Positions 1 through 10,600 of a stretch of 64,000 bases of DNA are shown piece after piece; position 1 is the first letter of the stretch, and each line of letters starts with the position of its first letter. Under the pieces are notes generated by a model. The model did not search any database and had not been told where the DNA came from. It worked only from the letters and a program-made list of their open reading frames with translations. The position numbers and the translations under genes were made by a program. The DNA comes from Laetmonice hystrix. Lineage: Eukaryota. The stretch spans positions 19,530,001 to 19,594,000 of the forward strand of contig OZ249439.1 in the NCBI GenBank assembly GCA_965235115.1. The letters are read 5' to 3'.

Positions 1-1289
1 CGTAGGAACTGTCCGCCTGTTTTCTATGCCAGGAAAGTTGTGCATGATCCTTGGTCGCCCTGATAAATCCACTCAACCACGACTTTATGGAATGCTGTGA
101 AACGTGAGGCAATCAATACCGGGCCAAGATAACAATTACAATCTATGGCACACATATTGACGACACCTCGGCTAATTCCACACTTTAACAATCGACGACT
201 GCCTCAAACAACCTGCGCTGACCTCACTCAGTCACCTAGCTGACTTGGTTTTGAAACAGTTTGGCCATGTCTAACACTTTTGACTGTCGGCTTGCCGCAG
301 AATTGCTGCACTTTCCTACCGCACGTAAGGCTGGCTTTGAGTCCTGGAAAGCAACATAACAAAATACACCGTCAAGAGTAAACTATACTTGAATTTGAAA
401 CATAAAGACAGATAAATTAAAGTGTGAGAAACTGGTGCTATTCATAGCAATAATCTCCAAGTACACAGAGCAATAATGACCAGAACAGTAATAGTTAGGA
501 GTAATAAAACTTACAAACTTGGAGTCTGAAATATTAATATTTAGGTATTCTATAACATAAAATCACTGTGATTGTCAATTCATTTAAATAGCAATTGTGA
601 ACGTTAACGTTATGTAATGGCAGAAATACGCTCACGTGGAAAGTAGATTTCTTTTCGGCTGCCATTAATAGGCCTACCGTGAAATAAATACGAGTGAGAT
701 AAATCATGTTTAAATTGGACAGAGAAAAAGAGAGTAGTAAAAGGGGGGACCAACAAAAAGCTGTTTCAGGGGGTTGGTTCGGACAGCATGGCGAAAGGTG
801 ACTGATGCCTGAAAATATAACCAAAGTAATTCAAGAGGGAACTAGCAAGCCTAACACCACTTCTAAACTAGGTCCAGGTTAGGGAGGAGAGGGATGGAAC
901 GGAAATACCAAGCCCATAGGAAAAAAGCCACTTCAACCAACAATCTCGAGTTCACTAATAACGCGAACGTAATTCAGATAGGCCTAAAGCATTAAGTTTA
1001 TATTTGTTGTTTGTTTTCCCCCGTTATATTTGTTGTTGCAGCAAAGCTATCACTTTTCTACGATATTTATTCAAACCACCATGACCTTGCCACTTGCACA
1101 TAGGAGTCATACAACATAAACATGCATATGTCAAACCCAGGGTTTATAACCCAACTGTACAACCAAACCTTTCCAACCAATAGGTGTTAACATTCGACAG
1201 ACTAAAACACGTCTTGTGTTTTTAGTACTTCTGTTTTCCAATACCGAATTTCAAAAAACAAAATTTATACTTAATAGTTTACGTCCTTA

Positions 1290-1295
1290 TTTATT
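1290..1295 (-). promoter_or_regulatory. Candidate polyadenylation signal AATAAA
   Basis: On the minus strand AATAAA is followed about 25-35 nt later by TTTGTTTTTTG. A second AATAAA is at 1066-1071. Confidence 0.4.
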
Positions 1296-1620
1296 TCAGG
1301 GCATGCAATGTAGCAGTACAAGGATTCATTTTTATGTTCTTCAGTTCAGAAAAGTATGCGACGACGTGAACCGAGCTTCACGTTAGAGGCATGAAAAAAG
1401 CACCCTACCCATCACCACATTAAACATAAGCGGTCGATCACTCTTAGACAATCGTATAGAGCAGTATCATGTAGGCCTAGCTCCTCCTCCAAGTCAATGC
1501 CAGCAACTTTCTGCTTCATGAAACAATGCGATCGGTGTGCTCAAGTTAATATTCTACGCTTAGATTAGTCAGATAATAGCTCCACTAAAGTAAAATAACG
1601 TGTTTTCTTGCCTACAACGT

Positions 1621-1698
1621 CTAGGAGGGAACTGTCTTGGATGGTTGCCCAAACTTTCGGGCAATCTCAGCTGTTCGGAAGGTAACACTAGATCCGGA
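1621..1698 (-). CDS. Candidate terminal coding exon, SGSSVTFRTAEIARKFGQPSKTVPS*
   Basis: Acceptor TTGTTACAG, phase 0, TAG at 1621-1623. An AATAAA with a downstream T-rich tract lies about 330 nt further on. Confidence 0.5.
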   Translation of the reverse strand, partial: SGSSVTFRTAEIARKFGQPSKTVPS

Positions 1699-4600
1699 CT
1701 GTAACAATGTATCATTTACAAGCGTTCCGTTATTCATTACCAGTATCATACTCCAGTAGTAGCAGTATATTTCTAGACCTTGTGTTCCTTGGTTATATGT
1801 TGAAATGTTGGTGAGACCATACAATGTCTCTTTGGATTCTATGTATACACTGAAATGCTTTCCTACTTACTTAACAATTACATCACAGTTCCAAGTAACG
1901 GTTACCCCTGAAAACTTTCTTTGCAACCTTTCTCAATCATAACATTCCAATTAAATACATTAACCTATAGTTGGGCCTGTTACGGGATAGTCCTGGAGTA
2001 CAAGCACAACTCCAAGCCAGGATTAAATGCTGGAAAATTACTTTTAATTAGGACAAGTTTGACTCATAATTCAAGGTCGTTCCTGGTTAATCTTACTGTT
2101 CTTACGGTTAGTGGTCCACTATCGTGGATCTCAGAATATTCAGAAGTAGTCATTCCACGATGACTGCGTAACTGTGTTCTAAATAATATAAAACTATTGG
2201 AGAAAAACTATTCCGTAATTCAAAAACTAATAAACTTCTCTATTTAGAGAGAGTGGCAAAGAGAAGTATGACCATGACCTGTTTCAACTCCCCAAAATTC
2301 TGCCGATAGTGAAGACTAATTCGGTTTTTCCCAAGAGAACTGTGCTTTAGGAATCGTTTGGGACACAAAACTAAGGGGGTTTTAGGAAGAATCTTTAAGT
2401 TAGCAGCTGAAATATAATAATGCACAGCCAAAATACCAAGAAACACTGCGTAAAATCCCGGTCTGAGACTTTTGCACATACTATGGACTTTATATTTTTA
2501 CAATGGAACATAACTATAAAAAAAACTTACAGAAAAAAAAGACTGACCAAAAAAACACACAAAAAAACAGGGGCATAATTTTACCCCCCTCCCCCCCCCC
2601 AAAAAAAAGGGAAGATACTCACTGTTGGTTCCATGCAACACTGCATGCATTAATTTTAAAAAATTCTTTGACATACCTTAATACATTTGCAGAGAAAAAA
2701 AAACATAATTGTGTGACAATCACACAATTTGCAAATCATTTCTCATCACATGATTTTGTCTTCTTTTTCTGTCCTTTCAATCCCACTCTATGCCATAATG
2801 AAAAATCGAATCCGAAACTTACAGTACTACAATTTCTTTTCAGAGCCTCATTTGCATGGCTTTGCAACAACATTCTCAACGGCGGAAGTTACAACTTACG
2901 AATATAAGAACTATATTAGCCACCACCACCTGTTACATAACTAACTACAGGAAATTAACTGTTATATAACTCACAGCAAACCACACAGGCCAATCACTAC
3001 TTACTCTTCCTCCATCTACAGTAATTTGATTTTTACACAGTGGTACCGCTACATTTAAAACATAGAAACTCTACTACATCACTTGTCGGTAATACCTACA
3101 TTACAATGAGAAAAAATTATAGTGACTGATCAGTGTTGCTGAGAAAATAACTGCCCAAGGCTCCGCTTGCTGTGAGCTTTGATAATCCCAACACCATTTC
3201 CAGGAACTCTATCACGCCGCTAGAGCTGCACACTACGGTGGCGCCACCACCCAGGGCTGGCACGTACCTCTTTTGCTGCATCGTCGATGGTGAGTGTCAC
3301 CTCTTTACTCTTTTCTGCATCCCTTTCTTTCTCTGCAATGTTGGATGTTTCCTTCTTCTCCTTCTGCTCCAGTTCCTTCTCCTTGCGATCCCAATTGGTA
3401 GTCTTTCTTCGAGCAAGAGCAAACCAGGCTGGCTCAGAGCCACTGGTTCCCTCGTTGCCTGCCACTCTATTTGAGCCATTACGGCTGACTGGCTTGGTTT
3501 CCGAGTCGGAGGGCCTCTCTTCAACAGCATCACTTTGTGAATTAGAGCGTCGTGCCAACTTTCCGGCTGTTTCATTCTCCTTGTTAGCATTGTCCACTGG
3601 TTGATCACCAACAGTCTGGCTTCGTAATCTGTTCTTCTGCAGAGGAGTCTCTCGTTTAAACTGTTGACTCTCGTCGCTCTTCCCTGCCTCTTCCTTGGTG
3701 GGAGTTTTAGTGGAAGGGCCCTTCTCTATTATCACCTTTTTAGGTTCTACATTAAGCTTTGGTTTTTCTATTATCATTGTCTTTGGAGGTGACGTAGGTT
3801 GCTGTTTAGACTCAAGCTTAGCCGGTTTCGACTCAGATTTAGCCCCAATATCAGGCCTGCTTTCAGACTTTGAGTCAAGCGTGTGTAAAGGCTTTGTATC
3901 GTCGGTTTTGGATTGAGGAGCTGATGCCTGAACTTTGACAGGCCTCACCTCAGGATTTCTCGATTTTGAAACGGTTGCTGTCTTAGCTAATATAACTGTC
4001 TCTTTCTCTTTAACAATTACATCCTTCTCTACTCTTGAGGGATTTAGTGGCTTGGTTAACGTTTCTGAGGGCTTTGCCTCTGCAATCATGGGTTTGGTCT
4101 CTATAACCTTGGGCTTAACCTCTGTAACTTTGGTTCGGACTTCTGTTACTTTGGGCTTAACCTCTGAAGCTTTGGGTTTAACGTCTGCGATTTTGGGTTT
4201 GAGCTCTGTATCATCGGACTTTGATTCAGTGACCTTGGGCTTGGTCTCTGTGACCTTGGATCTAATTTCAATGACCTTGGGCTTGACTTCAGGTACTTTG
4301 GGCTTGGCCTCTACAGACCTGGGGATCACTTCAACTACCTTAGGCTTTGGGTCTACAACTGCTGCCGTTGTAGGCTTTGATTTGTCTGGTTTTATATCAG
4401 TGGATGAATCTGGAATAAGCTTTTTTCTGGAGGACTGTTTCTTAAGTCTATTCAATACCTGTGAGAATTCATTTTCAGTTTCTTCCTTCACCTCTTGGCT
4501 ACGTCTTACTTCTACAAATGACGACCTATTGCCAGCTTTTCGTTCTCCAAAGATAGCAAGACTACTATCACCCGCAATTGTCTGCCTTTTGCTGGGATCC

Positions 4601-7600
4601 TTGTCAACAACATTTTCTCGACGGCGTAGTGTGCCCGCTTCTTCGATGTCCTTCCTCCTCCCAGTATCACGTAACACAACTTTGAAAGGCGTGGCCTCCC
4701 TTGGTTCCTCTCTAGTGGTGGTCTTTGGTTCTGTCTTCTCTTGCTCCACTTCTTTCTTCTCTGCCTCAACATGTACAGGCTCTACTTCTATTTTTACCTC
4801 TTTTCGTTCAAGTTCAGGTGTTTTCTTTTCTAAAGCTTTAGGGGACTTTGGCACTGGAGATGGAGAGGACCTCAGCTCTGACTTAGGAATGACAATTGAA
4901 AGAGGAGCTTCTGGCTGTGTCTCCTCTGGTGTGCTGACAGCTTCCTCGACGTCTGCCTCCAAATCTGTGAGGAAAGATCTCAGTCAGTTACGGTAGCTGT
5001 TAACCAAGACAATTTGTTGGAATTACCACGCAACACCGTCTTCTGCTTTTTGACAATACAGATGAAGGTGACTTTCTTAAAGCTGTATTTTGCGAGAATC
5101 AGGATTTATTTACAGACTGATTGCTTTATTTCGGCAGAGGCAATGCATGATTTTGAACCGCTGGTTTTTTCAGAAAGAAATGGCTCTACACAAACATCTC
5201 CAGACAATACCTAAGCATACACATGCAAACTTTGACCTAAATATATGCCTTTGGTGCCTAATTATAATAGATTACCATAAATATAATCTATGCATAGAAT
5301 GCACTTCAAGGCAATTTTTCATACTCTGCGTTTTCAATTTCTTAACCTCAAAACAACATGCCATCAATACTTGGTTTAAGCATGTATTTTTCCTAAGCAC
5401 CCAACACCTCCAAGATCAAAGCAATACCTCCTTAAAACATGCTCCCTTACAAAACTCATTGTCCATATTTTTTCACCCTAGAAATTTTTGTGTTTACATA
5501 TCTTTGCTTGTGTCTGTAGGAGTTTTGGGTGTTGAACTGTTCTAATTGCAATCATGAAATAGACCATAACATATCTTCTAGTTTGTTACCTGATGATGCC
5601 TTAGGTTCAGCGTCCGGCTGAATGCTGGCTTCCACCCTGACCTCTACCTTAGCTTCAGGTTTGGTCTCATCATCATGCTTTCTATCTTCGCCACCAGAGA
5701 TCTGCTCTGTTTCACCTAGGTCCCCTTCCTCTTCAACCTCTCCAGCAAGATGAGCCAGCTGTTCCTCCTGTACCTGTGGCAGTGCCTTCTGTAAGTTATT
5801 CAAAACAATTCACCGTGTTAGTGGTATTAATGTATTAGTACCCTAGTATTGGAGTAAGAATCAGGTTTGAGAAGGTGGGGGAAAGTTTAGTCGCGGTTCA
5901 GCAGTGTCTTATAGTATAGTCTTGATTTTAACAGCTCTAGGCTATTCAGGAAACTTATGTAGGACAAGGAAAACCATAGGCAGAGCTATAACACTGCCAG
6001 GAAAGGACATACCCACACCCACTAACTCGCCATAAGCTAGGCAGGGGCGTAGGAAAAGGGGGGCCCCCAGGGGTCGACCAATCTCGAGGCCCTTTCGTCA
6101 TGCCCCCTTACGGAGGGTGAAAGAACTAGGCATTTGGATCAGGATGGACTGATTGTGCCTATAACCACCAGGTGGCAGCATCAGTGCTGTATCAAGGCCA
6201 AGCACGCAACACTCGGGGCAGGAGGCAGGAAGCAAAACACTTGTCGTGGCACAACTACACTAGCAGCACTGGTAATTTATTTAGATATACCTTTCGAGAA
6301 ATATTTATAACAAAGACTGAACAGTTGAAGTTCAAAAAATTAAGAGGTCTTATGAAAAGTAAAAGGGCAAAACGAAAAAGATTGCCACCTGCCCCGAGTG
6401 AGGCTCGAACTCACGACCTTCAGATTATGAGACTGACGCGCTGCCGACTGCGCCATCGAGGCGGCTTATTTCATATAGTGAGCAGTACTGCCAGTATTTC
6501 GACCAGCTATGTAGGTCATCAGCGTTCTACGACCAGCTATGTAGGTCATCAGCGTTCTCCCCATACTGAACTCTATAAATGCAGTGGTACCGATACTAGT
6601 AGGGTGCACATATTGATATTAGCTCTGTTACTAGCCAGGTAAAATGGTTACTTTTCTTCTCCATTAGCCATTATAACAGGTACGGAAAATTGTGCATTTC
6701 AAAAGACATTTGATCTAAGTGAAAGGAGAAGGCCACATTTATTTAAAATTACTAGACATTACATTCCATATAAAAAATAAGGAACAACTACATCTACCCC
6801 AAAAAAATCTTGTCATAAAATATTTGCTTCGTTTTGAAAATATTAATTAAAATATCTAATAGTAACCCGGTACCGGCATCTGTTTACTTACCGGTACACT
6901 CACTGATACTGAATTACTGAGATTCAATACAATATGATGCCTGATATATTGCACAGGCACAGGCCATAATCCTCTGTTCTAATTAATCATCACGATTGTA
7001 CACACTCTGGTACGAATAAATACTATATATATATATATATATCGAAATATACTAATAGTCTCTGTGAGAACCTTCCTTACCGTTGCTCCAACAGTGGCTG
7101 AAGCCTTGGCCGGCCTCCTGTGCTGGGCACTAGGTCGGGTCCGTTGTGGCCTCACCGAAATTTTATGCTTTGCCCCAGTGTTGGAGAGCGAAGTCGTGCT
7201 ACTGACGAGGTCTAAATCAAGGTCATCCCCGGAATCCGTGGCTGCAGTGGTCATAACAATCTTTCTTATTTTTATTTAATATTAGAAAACGCGAGATGTC
7301 TTTCAAGTTGTATTTTATCAACAGCAAGCAGGTTTGGGTCGAGAGATAATAATGCACGAAATGATAAGGGAGGTAACTTTGATAAGATTACTTGATATTA
7401 AACCATTATAATCTTTTGTTTTTAACCATACGGGAGTACAGTAATTGTACCTCATAATGCTCAAAATACAAAAATAACAACGTCCATACCTCTAGATGCA
7501 GGACCTTTTGGATTTGGCACTACATCCGCCCAATTTACCCTAAACACATCCTGCAAACCAAGCATAAAAGACTAGGTCTAGTAATGCTTTCATCGACACA

Positions 7601-10600
7601 GATTGTAACATCGACGTCAGAGAAAAACCTCGGCGTTGAACACGGTTATTTCGTTCAGACCAGCTATCGATATAAAAAAAAATCGTTAGAATAGTTCATT
7701 TCATATTCCGGTCGGCATTTGCTAGGGCCTACAGAAATAAAACGACATAAAAAAAAAGTCCTTAAGAAGACAGCCGTTCTCTTTCATACAAGACAATGCA
7801 GTGACTCATGATGAGTACAAGACTTACATTGAAACAATGGCATAGATAAAGTAACTTTCACAAAACCAGTGATATTACCTAGTATTTACTTAAACTTTCA
7901 CAGGCGGCTACTGAACCCAAGCACCACACCCTAACAGCAGGAGTGAACACATCTCAACAAAATGCAATCATATGTCAACATAAGTGCACATTTGTGAAGA
8001 ATATACGGTGTTTGTTTAGTCTCTCATTGTCATCACTTTACTCGAGAAATGCACAGACTAGACATCGTACACTTTCGACTTATTTCACTACGTCTGCAAG
8101 CTCCGGCTAACTTCATATTTTCTCCTAACTCCCACAGTCTAAACTTCAGGTAGAGACACAAGAGGTGTGTACATGTAAGCAAAACCGCAGATCCTTAGCT
8201 CAACCTTAATGTATTAATGTATAATTTCTGTATGCGAAACCCTTTAGTCCATGCTGGTGCTGTGAATGAATGCCACTTAGCGGCAGTGCATGTTAACTCT
8301 ATGTGAAAGCAAACGCATTATATTTCACCTGGCCGGATGCTCTCTGCAATGTATTGAATGCAACAATGAATAACATGCATCATTTTATCCCTAGAAATAA
8401 AACACATCAGGGGGGTGCTCCTCATCATGTCGTTAGCTTGTCGTATCGTTAACTCCAATGTATTTTCAATGGGGATTTTAACGCACGACAAGATAACGAC
8501 AGATGAGGAACGCACCCCAGTATTATTACTTTCAATGGTTATGTTACTGAAAGCATTAGCATCATCAGTTAATTGATTAAGAATGAGTCCTCAACTTTTA
8601 AACCCCAAAAAACAAATTGTGCACTTCGTCCAAACAAAGACGAGTACAAGCACCGGGCTTTAATACTGAAGTAAAATTCTATTATAACATAAAAAAAGGG
8701 CTGTGAAAAGGAAGGGGAGATTACAAAAGCAACATGCGGTTTATTCGCCCAGGCCATATTCTCTACTAAGGGTATCCACCTAATGATTAATGTTAAAGGA
8801 TGACTTTGTATTCTTTAGAGAATAATAACCGATCAGGCTAGAGAGAATAATGCTTGTGATAAGAAGAAAATCAAATCACAAAGCCTTACTTTTTCCAACC
8901 CATTGTTTCTAATCGCAGACGAGGGTCAAACTCAACCTATAATTCTACTCCCCTCAAAAAGTAATGTCAGTTTAGCCATAGTTATCCGTGAGCACAAGGT
9001 GCGGACATGGTGAACGCTGGTTGCGTCATACTCCTTGCCATGACTTCCCAACCGCAACACTTTTATTCTCCAGGAGAATCAGTATTTCTGAATAGGTACC
9101 CCTAAGGGCCAGTCAATGCCACCCAGCGATGGCACACTTAGAATCAATTTGTTTTTCTATGAGTGAAACTGTTAGTCATACATGCAGAGTCTTGATGACC
9201 TATGTGTGACCTTTAAAGACAAACTCTCACCTTCTCCTCCAATTCATCGTCGGAACTGTTCATGTCGGACGTGACGCTGTGTTTACTCTCGTGACGATTG
9301 GGTTTCTGTAATAGAACCCTAGATCTCAATCTATGACGTCACACTCAATGCTCAGAGTTTGTTTGGTACATTATAACAGCACTGAAACATTATAGAACCA
9401 CCTTGTGGTAAGTGTCAGTCTGGTCTAAGATGACCTCAATACCTGCAGGGGTCGAGCGTAGGCGTTTAATCTGGATCTTACTTCGAACACGTCGAACATA
9501 CAAAAAGGCTTTCCATTCAGTGGATTCGAGATGTCACGGAAAGATTCCTCCGAGGTTCACGTTTTTTTGGTAATTTCTTCTGAAAAATATCTCTAAAAAA
9601 GGGACTTCTAATACAAGGTAATTTGCAAACTACCATATGCCTACTTTTACACTTATAAGTGAAACATTTGCGATATAAAATAAAATGTGTGGTTGTCATG
9701 AAAATGAGCCTGACCTTGAAGTCGTTTAACACATCGTGTGTTGAGGGTTGTGTGACGGGACTACTTGGCAGGCCGGGATCATCGTCGTCCTCTGCCCGAC
9801 GAGACTTCAACTTCTGGAAGAGCTCGTTCTGTGGGAAACAACAACAATGTGATCTGTAGTCGACGCACATTGAGACGACACTGGATACTTCATCACGTCG
9901 AAAAAAAAACCTTCATTTGTAACCACTCACAATCCATGGTGCACCTTGGATGTCTAGTCAAAGCTATTGAGTGAGTGGCGAACTGAATGTTTTCTTGACA
10001 TTAAGTACAACAGCAGCACATCTTCCTTATGTATAATGGTATACATACGTAGGCCTACTTGTATTTCCTCTAACCATCTCAGTGTACCTCGACATTCGCC
10101 CCTGAATAACATCACTTATGAGCGACGAATAAACGTATCGATGTACCGGTAAATGTCAGGGCACCCTCTGGATTCATATTTGGAGCTCAAATACAGAGAC
10201 AATTACATATCAAAACACAATTATAGAATGTTGATGTATCGTTAATCATTTTATACTGCCGTATCTGTGATGACAATTGTCAGAAAAAGAAGTATCCGCG
10301 CTGAGGCCTATTACGCGGTCACAAAAGATAAACGACTGAATCACTGCACAGAATGGAATTTCTAAAGGTTCTATGACCGTTCGTGCGAGTAATCTTTTTA
10401 TCTCCTACCAATTTCACACTTATTTTAGATTTTCGGTACTTGATCTCATCAATCCAAACTGACTCGAAAGATAAGGGCAGAAAATGAGTAGGAAAACTAC
10501 TGGGTTGGTTGGCCGGCAGTGTCAGATATCACGTTTACACTCATCATGGCCAATGATACCCAGAGATGAGGTCTGCCAAGCTGAGAATGGGATGAGTGTG

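Noticed and set aside
1871-2299. Other small AG-GT segments (1871-1907 and 2279-2299)
   Set aside because: They introduce early stops in the phases available from the better-supported chain, or have weak donors. Not excluded as minor isoforms.
3172-4996. Long plus-strand ORFs (353, 105 and 100 aa) and alternative-frame ORFs over exon 9
   Set aside because: They are antisense shadows of the low-complexity K/E/P/T-rich exon, with no independent domain or splice evidence.
9010-9045. ARSMTQPAFT resembling the end of exon 3 (ARSMEQLHQPAFT)
   Set aside because: The exact match is only 11 nt, which is expected about twice by chance between a 142-nt exon and 64 kb. There is an in-frame stop and no usable splice sites.
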